DNA from: Eledone cirrhosa
Lineage: Eukaryota
Assembly: GCA_964016885.1 (NCBI GenBank)
Contig: OZ024740.1
Location: 126,790,001-126,854,000, forward strand
DNA length: 64,000 nt
Direction: 5' to 3'
A model generated the notes under the pieces. It did not search any database, was not told where the DNA came from, and worked only from the letters and a program-made list of their open reading frames with translations. Made by a program: the position numbers and the translations under genes. Shown piece after piece: positions 11,592-23,500 of the stretch. Within the stretch, counting starts at the first letter, position 1. Every line of letters begins with the position of its first letter.

Positions 11592-14500
11592 TCAGATATT
11601 CAGGACGTATCGGAGGGTTCTTGCTGTTCCAAGCAAGCATGCCTTTTGAAGCGTTCCAAAAAGCGTGAAGGGGCCGATTTTCTTTAACCATCCCTGGAAA
11701 CCTTTGGAGATAGTCCCCAGTGCGCCTATGACAATCGGGATCACTTTGACTTCATGGCAGTTCCAAATCCTTTTCACCTCCCACTTTAGTTCCTGGTATC
11801 GGTTAATTTTCTCCCTCTCCTTCTCTTGCACTCTCGTGTCGAACGGGCAGGCCACATCCACAATCAGGCACGATCTTTTTTCTTTGTCCACAACCACCAG
11901 GTCAGGTCTATTGTGCCCCAGTTTTTTGTCCGTCTGTATCCTAAAATCCCACAGCACCTTCACCTGACTGTTCTCCATCACCGCCTCTGGCCTATGCTCA
12001 TACCATTTCTCAGAATGTGGTAGATTGTTTACTTTGCACAGGTGCCAGTGGATCACCCTGCCCATCACATCGTGTCTCCAGCCCTTATAGTGGGTCTGGG
12101 CTAGGTGTTTACACTCGGACACAATGTGAGCCACAGTCTCCTCTCTCTCTCCACAGATCCTGCACAGTGGGCTAGCCTCCTCCTTGTAGATATGGTGCTT
12201 CAACCACTTCGTTTTGAGGGCCTGCTCCTGCGCAGCCATTAGCATTCCTTCTGTAGCCTTTTTGAGGTCTCCTCTTCTCAACCAGTTCCATGTCTGTGGA
12301 TCTCTAAATTCAGTTTTCTCAAAGAAGGTACTATGAAGGGATTTTCCCTTAAGGCTGCTCTTCCTCCTTGATGTTATTTCCTCCTTGGGTATCCCCTGGC
12401 CTACTGTCCCCTCCTTCAGTACAGCTCTGAGCATTGGCTCCTTACTATAGGTCACGTATTTGTATAGGTTGTTTTTCTCCATCTGAACACAGTCCTCTAT
12501 GCTGATAAGACCTCTTCCACCCTCAGATCTCCTTAGGTAGAGTCTATCGACATCACTCCTCTTGTGGAACATGTTGTAGATAGTCAATAGCTTCCTAGTC
12601 TTCCTATCCATTTCTTTTTGTTCAGCAACATTCCATCTCAGAATTCCCGCACTGTACCTAATAATAGACACAGCTCGGGAATTTACTGCGCTTATGGCAT
12701 TTCTGCTGTTCAGATGTGACTTCAATACGCTCCTTACTCTCCGAATGTATTCAGTTCTTAACAATTCCTTCATTTTTTTGTTCTTTATGCCATCAGCCTC
12801 CAGAACGCCCAAATACTTGTATCCTTCCTCAGAGTCAATTTCCTTTATCATCTCACCTGTTGGTATCTGGATCCCGTTACTTCTGCTCAACCTACCCCTC
12901 CTCATCACAATGACTCCACATTTACCAATACCAAACTGCATACATATATCACTGCTGAAAATACGGACAGTGTCAACAAGCACATCCAACTCCTTCTCAC
13001 TTTTCCCGAAGAGCTTAAGATCGTCCATGAAGAGGAGGTGATTGATGGTAAGCTCTCCCCTTCCCAACTTGTATCCTGCTCTCACTTTTCGCAGCATAAT
13101 GGTCAAGGGTATCAGGGCAAGGACAAACAACAGAGGGGACAGGCTATCTCCCTGGAAGATACCTCTCTTGATCTTCACGCTTCCCAAGGATACTCCAGTT
13201 GATGTCAACTCTGTCTCCCAGGACCCCATACTCCTGCCCAGCAACTGTCTGATGTTATCTGCCACCCTGAAGATCTCCAGGCTTTTGGTGATCCAGGAAT
13301 GAGGCACCATGTCAAATGCCTTTCTGTAGTCTATCCATCCCATGGCAAGATCAGTGTGTCTCCTCCTGCAATTCCCCATTACCATATTATCAATAAGCAA
13401 CTGGTCCTTTGTACCACGTGACTTCTTTCGGCATCCTTTCTGTTCGTCCGGCAACAAGTTGTTTGTGTGGAGGTGATGGTAGATTTCCTCAGACACAATG
13501 CTCGTCAACAGTTTCCACATTACGGGCAGACATGTGATAGGTCTATAGTTGGTAACATCATTACCCTTGATTCGGTCTTTCATTATCAGAACTGTGGTAC
13601 CTTTTGTCAACCACTCTGGCACCTCACCCGACACCAAGCAGTCATTGAACATGGCCGTCAGCTTCGGGTGGAGGGATGTTAAATGTTTAATCCAATACCC
13701 CTGCACACCATCTGGGCCTGGTGATTTCCAGTTGGTTAGTTTTTTGGCTTGCCCCTTAAGAGTTTCAACTGTGATACTCAAATCAGTCTGTTGCTGTGCC
13801 TGCTCACCGATCTCCCTCTGTACTGTCTCAATCCACCCTGCCTGGGCATTGTGTCTAACATCCTGCTCCCATATTCTTCTCCAGAATGTTTTAGCTTGTT
13901 CCGCCCCAGGGATCAAGTCGTTGCCTCTTTCTTTCCCCTCAAGCTGTCCAAACAGCATCTTCTGGTTGTTGTCGAACATGCGGTTCTGTTTATACTGACT
14001 GACTCTGTTCTCGTATCGCCTGATTTTGGCACTCTTTGCTACAATGCGTTGCTTCAATTCCTCTATGATAATATTTAGCTTTTTACTCCTAGTTTTGTAT
14101 TTTATTTCCAGTCTATTTTTAGTGCCTATGTTTTTTAGTGTCCCATTCAGTAGTGACTCAAGCTTTCCTATGTCATTTCTCATTTCCCCGATTTGCCCAC
14201 TCAGTCGCTTCTTCCACCACGGCTCTGCTCTTTCTTGTCTGTTGTTTCCTCTCGCTTTTATACCAAGTAGTTTCCTCACCGTATTTGCTGTTGCTTTGAG
14301 GATATTGTTGCACTGGTGAAGACTCCTCGCCTCAAGGTATGGGATGACTTTGTTTACCTTAGCTGTTGTTTCTTTTAACTTTTTCCTGTCTACAAATCTT
14401 AGGTTCATAGGTCTCCCACTATCATTGTTCAACTCATCTACCACTAAATTTAGGATGTCAACCGAATCTTGTCCTAGCCCGTCAGCATTCATCTCCTCAG

Positions 14501-14984
14501 TGGCCGTTTCTCTGTTCCAGGTATTATTTATCTCAGTATTCAGATCATTGTCTGCTTCGGGTGGTTCCTCCGTTCTCAGGACCTCCTCACCTTCATTTCC
14601 CGCCGGCTCGCTTGTCTGGCATACTACACCCGCCATCTCCAAGCCATTCTCTCTGCTCAGTTCCTCCAGTTCCAGCTCGCTTATCCACCCATTAGTTCTT
14701 ATTACCCGAGCCTGCCCGGCCAATTTTTGTTCATCTAATTTAAATAAACCAATCTCGTTCCAGATGTTATGCATCCGTCTCCTGTAGCCCCTCTCCTTGG
14801 GGTTACTTTTCAGGTAGCATTGCATAACAGTTCTATTCAATTCTTTCGTCCAGTTGGTTCTGGCCCCTTTCCTTCTTCTTCTTCCTCCAACATCAGCAGT
14901 ATTTGGTTGACAGTCAGGTTCCTGCTGCTGAGCCAGGGGGCACCTGTTGGGTGAGAGTCTGTCACATGACGTTCTAGTCTCCAT
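11592..14984 (-). CDS. R4-clade polyprotein: reverse transcriptase, CCHC zinc knuckle, restriction-like (PD-D/ExK) endonuclease
   Basis: 1130-aa uninterrupted ORF. Motifs: NWKSPGPDG, YRPITCL, IDYRKAFD, GIFQGDSLSPLLF, FMDDLKL, YKYLG, CRICGEREETVAHIVSEC, RHD, RPDLVV..DVACP..KEREKINRY. Confidence 0.95.
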   Translation of the reverse strand: METRTSCDRLSPNRCPLAQQQEPDCQPNTADVGGRRRRKGARTNWTKELNRTVMQCYLKSNPKERGYRRRMHNIWNEIGLFKLDEQKLAGQARVIRTNGWISELELEELSRENGLEMAGVVCQTSEPAGNEGEEVLRTEEPPEADNDLNTEINNTWNRETATEEMNADGLGQDSVDILNLVVDELNNDSGRPMNLRFVDRKKLKETTAKVNKVIPYLEARSLHQCNNILKATANTVRKLLGIKARGNNRQERAEPWWKKRLSGQIGEMRNDIGKLESLLNGTLKNIGTKNRLEIKYKTRSKKLNIIIEELKQRIVAKSAKIRRYENRVSQYKQNRMFDNNQKMLFGQLEGKERGNDLIPGAEQAKTFWRRIWEQDVRHNAQAGWIETVQREIGEQAQQQTDLSITVETLKGQAKKLTNWKSPGPDGVQGYWIKHLTSLHPKLTAMFNDCLVSGEVPEWLTKGTTVLIMKDRIKGNDVTNYRPITCLPVMWKLLTSIVSEEIYHHLHTNNLLPDEQKGCRKKSRGTKDQLLIDNMVMGNCRRRHTDLAMGWIDYRKAFDMVPHSWITKSLEIFRVADNIRQLLGRSMGSWETELTSTGVSLGSVKIKRGIFQGDSLSPLLFVLALIPLTIMLRKVRAGYKLGRGELTINHLLFMDDLKLFGKSEKELDVLVDTVRIFSSDICMQFGIGKCGVIVMRRGRLSRSNGIQIPTGEMIKEIDSEEGYKYLGVLEADGIKNKKMKELLRTEYIRRVRSVLKSHLNSRNAISAVNSRAVSIIRYSAGILRWNVAEQKEMDRKTRKLLTIYNMFHKRSDVDRLYLRRSEGGRGLISIEDCVQMEKNNLYKYVTYSKEPMLRAVLKEGTVGQGIPKEEITSRRKSSLKGKSLHSTFFEKTEFRDPQTWNWLRRGDLKKATEGMLMAAQEQALKTKWLKHHIYKEEASPLCRICGEREETVAHIVSECKHLAQTHYKGWRHDVMGRVIHWHLCKVNNLPHSEKWYEHRPEAVMENSQVKVLWDFRIQTDKKLGHNRPDLVVVDKEKRSCLIVDVACPFDTRVQEKEREKINRYQELKWEVKRIWNCHEVKVIPIVIGALGTISKGFQGWLKKIGPFTLFGTLQKACLLGTARTLRYVLNI

Positions 14985-15553
14985 TTCACCGTTATTCGAA
15001 CTGTTTATGTACGATATTTAAACACTCTTATCGAGGATTGGCGAATGTATGTTTACATAGCCATCTGTGGATCCGCCATCCCACTTGGCCCTTGTGTGGC
15101 ATTATCACCACGCTGTATACGGACACACATAAACAAACAAACACACGGGCAGAAAGGGCCCCAAAAATGAATAAGCATAAGTTTCATTGTAATGTAGTAT
15201 TCGAATGTCTGACTTAGTTTTTGTTTTTTAAGTTTTACTTTTTCCCCCCTCTTCTCTGTCCGTCCGCCTGCTTCTCTCTTCATTCTTATTTTCTTTACGT
15301 TTTGGGGGTTTCTTTTTTTGTTTTTGTTTTTCTCTGTTTTTCTCGTTTTTTACTGTTGTTGCTGTGCTGCTTTTGTTGTTTGTTTTTTCTTTTTTCTTTT
15401 GAGTCTATCTATATATTTTGATGCCTTCCTCTTTGTTAGTAGTAGGAATTCTATAATGTGGAAGTGGTAGCCAGCAGAGACTGGCGGCGTTGGCGATACT
15501 GAGACAGTGGTGGTGGTGATGTCGATACCGAGGCAGTGGTGGCGGTGATGCGA

Positions 15554-16192
15554 CCGTATTACTGTAGTGATGGTGCTGTAGCGGTGGCAGCAGCAGTGAA
15601 GGAGTCAGGGGGTGGTGGCGGCGGTGATGGGATAGTGGTGGTAATGATGGCCGTAGTGAGCGGTGGCGGTGAAGGTGAAAATGCTGTTGTGTTTAGTGTA
15701 CACAGATGATGGGGTGGGTGGTGTATCTAGTTTCTGGTGTTGGTGAGTTTCGCTGTCCTATATAGTGTAGCCAGAGGAGAGGAGGGGGGGGTTCTTCTTC
15801 TTCCATTTATAGCCATTTTATTTTTTTTTGGATATACAGTGTACAATACAAAGTTGAATATTTGAATATTTGAGCCGTATTACTGTAGTGATGGTGCTGT
15901 AGCGGTGGCAGCAGCAGTGAAGGAGTCAAGGGGTGGTGGCGGCGGTGATGGGATAGTGGTGGTAATGATGGCCGTAGTGAGCGGTGGCGGTGAAGTTGAA
16001 AATGCTGTTGTGTTCAGTGTACACAGATGATGGGGTGGGTGGTGTATCTAGTTTCTGGTGTTGGTGAGTTTAGCTGTCCTATATAGTGTAGCCAGAGGAG
16101 AGGAGGGGGGGGGGTTCTTCTTCTTCCATTTATAGCCATTTTTTTTTGGATATACAGTGTACAATACAAAGTTGAATATTTGAATATTTGAG
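15554..16192. repeat. ~321-bp direct tandem duplication in the family A 5' UTR
   Basis: CCGTATTACTGTAGTG...TTTGAATATTTGAG occurs at 15554-15874 and 15875-16192, nearly identical. Confidence 0.9.
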
Positions 16193-16352
16193 CCTTATAA
16201 CAATATATTTTGGCTCCGAATTTTTTTGGGGCTCAAGCCGGGTGCTTTACGTAGCATTTGTACTAAGAGTTGTTATTTCACAAATGATTTAAATATGTTA
16301 AAAATTCAAAACTTACGGGAGCGATTTCATGACCTCCGTCACCTCGTGCGTC

Positions 16353-16383
<31 letters not shown>

Positions 16384-16394
16384 TGCATTATTAT

Positions 16395-19300
16395 TTGCAT
16401 TTATCTTGCTTTATGTTCATACGAGTTATCACCAAGTCACAACCAGTGACCTCAAGAGACAACAAGGTCCGCCATGTTCAAGAAAGAACATACATATTCA
16501 CACATGCATCCTTAGTGTTTAGACTTGTGATGTAATTATATTGACAGGATCTTCCTTAGTATATGGGCAGTTCCCATTAGTACTATCTTTTGTATTTCTC
16601 CTATACGCGGGTTTCCTGGTATTTGCGATATATAGTCGTTAGACCCCCTAGGTATCATTCCCAGAGCGCCTACAACCACTGGTATTGTTTTAGTTCTCAA
16701 TTTCCACATTTTTCCAATTTCTATCTCCAGGTCCTTATACTTGCTCAATTTTTCAAATGTTTTTGTAGATACATTCTTGTCTATTGGAACAGACATATCA
16801 ATTAGCAGGCATACCCTCCTTTGAAAGTCCTTCAATATTATATCAGGTCTATTTGCATCTATTTTTCGTCTGTTTGGATGCTAAAGTTCCACAAGATTGA
16901 GATGTGATCTTTTTCAAGTATGGGAGGTGGTTGATGCTCCAACCAATTCTTTTGATGGGGCAGGTCAAAATGCTTACACATTATCCAATGTATGTATTGT
17001 GCAGCTCTGTCATGCCTGTTTAGGTATTCGGTTGGAGCTATAGGACTGCACATTGAAATTATATGGTCAATGGTCTCTGGTTGTTTTTTGCATACACGGC
17101 ATATAGGGCTGCACCCATTTTTTATTATGTTGGCTTGGTAATTTTTTGTTGGCAGACACTGATCTTGTGCCGATATAATCAGTCCTTCAGTCTCCGATTT
17201 CAGTCCAGAGGATGACAACCACTGATGGGTTAAATTGTTGTCAACATCAGTATTGTTAGCTCGCTCTGGGTATTTTCCATACAGAGGCTTTTCTTGCCAT
17301 TTCTTAGCCAGTTTCTGTAGCAGTTCTTTCTTTGCAGTTACTTTTACCTGCTTTGCTTTTTCTGTGTTTTCCATTTCAGCAGTAAATGGGACTTCTGAAA
17401 TTTGTAGTCCATTACTGTATCTTTGTGCATCTTTTGTAATGGAATATGATCTTTTGGTGCTTTCGTGTTTCAAAACGAGTTTGATCATGCAATCATGTGA
17501 TTCCCTTAGATATGTGGATAATCCAATTGTTGGAGTTTTCAACGCAATGTCTAACTGGATTAACCCACGTCCTCCTTCTTTCCTAGGGAGATATATTCTA
17601 TGTATGTCTGCCTTAGGGTGATGCATTCTGTGCATGGTTAAGAATTTTCGGATTTTTGTATCGAGCCTACGGATCTCTGTGCTTGACCAGTTGATGACAT
17701 TGAAACTGTAGGTTACTACTGGTATGGCAAGCGTGTTTATGACATCGATCCTATTCCTTGTATTCAATTCCGTTCTTAAGATTGCTCTGACTCTGCGGTA
17801 ACATTCCTTCCTTATCCTTTCCCTCATTGTCGAGTGCTTGATTCCGTCTCCTTCACAAACACCTAGATATTTGTAAGTTTTTTCTTGATCAAGCTCTCTT
17901 ATCACGTTCCTCTGATCACGATTAATGTCTGAACTCTTCAGCAGCTTTCCTCTGGTGAACGTTGCTTTGGTGCATTTATCCAGTCCAAACTCCATTTTAA
18001 TGTCATTACTGAACTGCTTCACAGTGGATAATAGCCCTTGCAATTGTTCATCATTTTTTGCAAATAGTTTCAGGTCATCCATGTAGAACAGGTGATTAAT
18101 TGTTTTGTCATAGAATCTATATCCATGTTTTGTTTCATTGAGCATTTTACTTAATGGTATAAGTGCGATGCAGAATAAAAGCGGTGATAATGAGTCACCC
18201 TGAAAAATTCCACAATTAATATTAACTTCTCCAGCTTCCAGTGATTTTGTTTCACTATTCAAAAGGAGTGTCGTTTTCCATGTCTTCATACTGAATGACA
18301 AAAACCTCCTGACAACGGGGGATATTTTGAAAATCTCTAAACATTTTTCAATCCAACTGTGTGGCAAACTATCGAATGCTTTTTTATAATCTATCCAAGC
18401 AATCGATAGATGTTTGTGTCTATTATGACAATCTTCCAGTATCATTTTGTTAACCAGAAGCTGATCCTTACAGCCATATGAGCCTCGTTTACACCCTTTC
18501 TGCTCAATGGGAAATAGGTCATTTGTTATCAGGTGGTCATATGTGTATTCAGTTAGGACTGATGTTAAAATTTTATACATTGTGGTCAAGCAGGTTATCG
18601 GTCTGTAATTTTTGGGATTGTTTGTCTCATCATTCTTCGGAAGCAGGAATGTAATGCCGTTAACTAGCCATGATGGTATCTTTTCTGGCTCCTTAACTAT
18701 TTCATTGTAAAGTTGGGCTAACAGCTCATGAGACTCTGTGAAGGCATTTATCCAAAAGTTTTGTATTTTGTCTTTTCCTGGGGATTTCCATTTGCTGGTT
18801 TTTCTTAGAGCCAAGCGCAACTGTTCAACTGTTATATTTTCCCATTTTTGTTCTTCAAGGTGAGCTGTTTCTTTCATTTGTCTGTCTATCCATGGGGCAT
18901 GTATGTCATGAACTTTTTCTTCGGCCCAGATCTTTTCCCAGAATTCTTGCACTTCCTCCTTGGGTGGTATTGATTTAACAGTTATTGTTGACTTACCAAT
19001 TTTTCTGTAGAAGTTTCTTTAGTTGTTTTTGAACATATTATTGTCCTTATAGAATCTAGATCGTTTTTCAAAGCGCCTTATACGAGCAGCTTTGGCCGAC
19101 ACTTTTTGCTCGATTGTTTCTATCAGCATGTCTATGTCACATGTTGATCTTATACTGTACTTTTTTTTCAATTATCTAAGTTTAGTTTGTTTAACATGTT
19201 CACCTACTTTATAGTTTGTTAAAATTTCTATGTCAGATCGGAGAAGGTTTATTTGTCGATTGATGTTATCTTGCCAAGTAGATTTCTTGTGGGAATTCCT

Positions 19301-19520
19301 TTGTTTTTTCATCTTCACTCCACATAAGTGAGTGGTGACTTTAGCCGATGCATAATAGAGATGATTTAAGTCAGTAATGTTTAGTTTGTTTGTGATGATA
19401 ATATTTTTGAGAATTATGTTAGTCTTGTGTATTATCTTTTGGTTCTGTTTGGAGTTCTGGATCTTAGGGAGGGTGTCTCGTTGCCCCATGTCAGATTCTT
19501 TCATTTTCATCCATTCGATC
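16395..19520 (-). mobile_element. R4/Dong-type element, family B, 5'-truncated
   Basis: ORFs 19172-19522, 16859-18952 (RT, CCHC, RHD) and 16536-16835 (RLE), separated by frameshifts. Highly similar to 8653-11497; flanked by (TTA)n. Confidence 0.92.
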
Positions 19521-19523
19521 ATA

Positions 19524-19606
<83 letters not shown>

Positions 19607-19607
<1 letters not shown>

Positions 19608-19772
19608 AGGGGGGTGAATTGGCAGTATCAGTAGAGGGTCGGTTATGCTTTCTCCATAGACTTACGTCTCTTTACGCCGAGGTTAACTTTGCCTTTCATC
19701 CATATGGGGTCGATAAAATAAAGTACCAGTAATGTACTGGATAATTGCCGGCCTTGTGCTAAAAGTAGAAAC
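19607..19772 (+). mobile_element. tRNA-derived SINE, cephalopod-type
   Basis: GGTGAATTGGCAG A-box-like head, core TTTGCCTTTCATCC..GGGGTCGATAAAATAAAGTACCAG, end GCCTTGTGCTAAAAGTAGAAAC plus (ATT)n tail. Family assignment is from recall of octopus SINEs. Confidence 0.65.
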
Positions 19773-19794
19773 AATTATTATTATTATTATTATT

Positions 19795-20495
19795 ACAGCT
19801 GCATTTATCTTGCTTTATGTTCATACGAGTTATCACCAAGTCACAACCAGTGACCTCAAGAGACAACAAGGTCCGCCATGTTCAAGAAAGAACATACATA
19901 CTCACACATGCATCTTTAGGTGTTTAGAATTGTGATGTACTTATATTGACAGATTCGTTCTTAGTATACGGGCAGTTCCCATTAGTACTATCTTTTGTAT
20001 TTCTCCTCTACGCGGGTTTTCTGGGATTTGCGATAAGTAATCATTAGACCTCTTAGGTATCATTCCTAGAGCGCCTAAAACGACTGGTATTGTTTTAGTT
20101 CTCAATTTCCACATTTTTCCAATTTCTATCTCCAGGTCCTTATACTTGCTCAATTTTTCAAATGTTTTTATAGATACATTCTTGTCTATTGGAACGGACA
20201 TATCAATTAGCAGGCATACCCTCTTTTTAAAGTCCTTCAGGTCTATTTGCATTTATTTTTCGGTCTGTTTGGATGCTAAAGTTCCACAAGATTGAGATGT
20301 GATTTTTCAAGTATGGGAGGTGGTTTATGCTCCCACCAATTCTTTTGATGGGGCAGGTCAAAATGCTTACACATTATCCAATGTATGTATTGTGCAGCTC
20401 TGTCATGCCTGTTTAGGTATTCGGTTGGAGCTATTAGACTGCACATTGAAATTATATGATCAATGGTCTCTGGTTGATTTTTACATACAAGGCAT
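19795..20495 (-). mobile_element. R4/Dong-type family B, short 3' fragment
   Basis: RLE domain ORF 19941-20252 plus family B 3' UTR; between (TTA)n tracts. Confidence 0.9.
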
Positions 20496-20520
20496 AATTA
20501 TTATTATTATTATTATTATT

Positions 20521-23500
20521 GGCGACCTACGTAGTAAATCGTATCATCGTGAGCTCCGCAAAGGTTTGTTATTTTCAGTTGTTCAAATTTGCCATTCATG
20601 GAAAATTATATTTTAACTGTATATAAGTGCACATACATTGTTATCTGAAAAGGACACACAAAAAGATTGGGGCCTTGACCCCAAAATTTAAACTTTTATA
20701 ATTATCAAACTAAAATGTTTCTTTAAAACATTATGGCTGACTCAGAGTCACTCCTTTCTCACAAACTAACACCTCACACCGACACCACCATTGTAAAAGT
20801 TACTACGTTTGCCAACACTAACAAAAAGATAAGCAGTAGCAATATTTTAAATTTGTCTCAGGCAGACATTCATTTCGCGCCATTACCAATGACTGCAGGT
20901 GTTAAAGCCGCCACCACCACCACCACCGCGACAACCACCATCCCCCAACACCACCGCGACAACAGAAACAAAAGAAAAAATAAATTAACTCGTGATATCG
21001 AAATGAATTCAACCAAAATGAACTCTTCCACACCGAACACCACTGACGCCACCACCATCACAGCTGAAACTAAAATTAATAATAACAAAAATAACGATAA
21101 CAACAACAGCAAGAATGACATTAAGAAAACCACCCTGAGTTTTGCCAGAGAAGCAGTTCAGGTAACTCAGGAGGAATTAGAAGAGGCCAGAAAAATGGTA
21201 AAGAAAGATGGGTACAGGGTCAGCCTAACCCCCCCCCCCCCCTCCCCCACCTAATAAAATGGAGCATCGGCGCCTATGCACCGTATCTTATCGAACAATT
21301 AATATAAAATCGCGCCGAGTGGAACGTGCATCCGAGTCCCAAATCTAAAAAGCTTTGGGACATGTGTGGGCAAAAACACCCCACATCAGACGTGGGCAGA
21401 AGTATGGAACCGTGGATATGTTCTTTGAAACACCACAGGAGGCTAGAGAACAATCCATAGCCCCATTAAGAAGTGACGACTTCACACTCGTCCCAAGCTA
21501 TTGTGGCCAGAGACTCGTAAAGATCAGGGTCACCGACGTTCCACCGGCCATCAAAATTCCCTGGCTAATAGCTGCCGTCCTCGCCGGCATCGAAGCCAAC
21601 ACCAAGATAATAGAAATAGCGAAAGAAAAGCAGGTGAACTGGTCCGGATCTGGGATGGAGCTCCTGATCCAAGTGGACCAAAAAAGCATTGAGGAGATCC
21701 CAGAGGTAATAGACCTCACTGACAGCAGCCACCTCACCGTAATTGTCGAGGGCAGAAGGCCTAGGTGTATCGTTTGTGGTGAAGGAACCCACCTAAGGGC
21801 TTTCTGCCCTCAGCCTAAAAGGATGAGGCCACCTCTCCTACTCACCCCAGTGACTCATCCATCAACACCACCAGCATCAGAGATGGCAGCAACAACTGTA
21901 GCAGCAACAACAGAAGCGACTGTAACAGCAACAACCCCAGCAACAGTAGCAAAACCAACACAACCACCACCCCACGCGCCAGAACTAGCACCAGCGCCTA
22001 CACCATCTACCACGCCACAACCAAAACTAACGCCTGTGCAGGATTTTCCAATCCCCGGCCTATCACAACTGGAGACAGATTGTGACGACGAGGAGTGGGA
22101 AACGGTATCAGGAAAAAAGAAAAAAAGAAACCAAAAAAGAAAAAAATTCTCTTCCTTCCACCTCCAAAAACAAAGTACACAGGGAAACAAATAAACTATC
22201 AAACAAAAAAGTTAGGTCAGACATGCCACCATCAACACCAGCATCACCATCCCCATCACCATAACACCAACACCATCACCATCATTAAGACCAACACCAC
22301 CATCACCTACACCACAAAAGTCACCAAAATGCGAAACAGATACAACCCCACAACAAACGCAAACAAAACAAAACAACCAAAACGATACACACTACACAGA
22401 ATTAAATTTGAACAACAATCAATTATTACACTACATCCAACACAACACCAGCATCACAGAAAAAGACTACACAACAACCCAAAAGTTCACACCACCTCCA
22501 CACATATGAATCACTCGCATCATACAGAAAACGTACAGGACACTAAAACAAAAATTCCCCAAAGTCATCGGAGACTTCCGACAAGCACTCTCCAGGAGGA
22601 TTTATAAGGACATCCATCCTGAGGAGGCCACAAACAGTGAAAAGGATGGAGAAACCCTCCTTGTTCTACGAGAAGTAAGGTAAGTGGTCTTTCCCATCTT
22701 TTCCACTCCATTTCAACATGACCTCACTCAGAATAGACAGCATAAATGCGCGTGGCTTGGGGTCGTCATGGAAGCTGGGCCACCTGCTCAAGATCTCAGG
22801 TCACTAAACATTGATGTAGTGGCCATCAGCGAGACCAGATTCTCCGAAGCACGGGCCTTCGCAGCGATCTTCGGCGGCTTCGATGTGTACGCAACTCCCA
22901 GCCGCCGGGATCGGGGGGAGGAGTTCCTGTGCTTTTTCGGAGAGGTTTGGATCTTGCCATACGGGCGATCGGCACTACACTAAGAGAATACGAAGCGGTG
23001 ACAGGAGCAATGATCAACCATCAAAATTCAGTGGGCCTGCAGCTCGGCCCCTGGAGAGTCAGGTCCATGCCCTCCAACAGCGTCGTCGGACGCTGGACGG
23101 ACGGACCGGTTAAATTGCCTGGTCTGGTTCGGTCCGGACCTCCAGACGGACAAAAACTGGGACGAGGTGACGAGCAGGGTGTCTTCTTTCACCCAGAAAT
23201 GGGCGGAGAGTGAGATATCCCTGAAAGGTCGAACGGAGGGGGCTAACGCGTACATCGCGTCTGTCATCTGCTACCGCCTGACCGTCGTACCTTGTCCTAA
23301 GCCCCGCCTGACTGCGCTGGAGCGTTTGCTCTTTCGCTTTTTGTGGGAGGGACGCGCTCCGATGGTCAGGCGGTCCATCTGCTGTCAACACCCGCTACGT
23401 GGAGGGCTTGGAATGCCGTGGCTGATGATGCGCAGACACGCGCTCAGGCTAAGACATCTCCACCTCTTCCTCGACGGTGAACAGGTGTGGTCGCAGTTTG

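Larger units (their letters stand above)
11516..16353 (-). mobile_element. R4/Dong-type element, family A, apparently full-length
   Basis: ~1.37-kb 5' UTR, intact ORF, ~75-nt 3' UTR, (TTA)n on both sides. 5' end matches that of the copy at 26173-30976. Confidence 0.93.

Noticed and set aside
11665-14954. Plus-strand ORFs overlapping the R4 copies
   Set aside because: Antisense shadows of the RT ORF; they recur only because the element is repeated
15025-15050. HDV-like ribozyme suggested by TCCTCG and GGCGAATG
   Set aside because: The two motifs lie on opposite strands and I could not build P1/P2/P3 pairing
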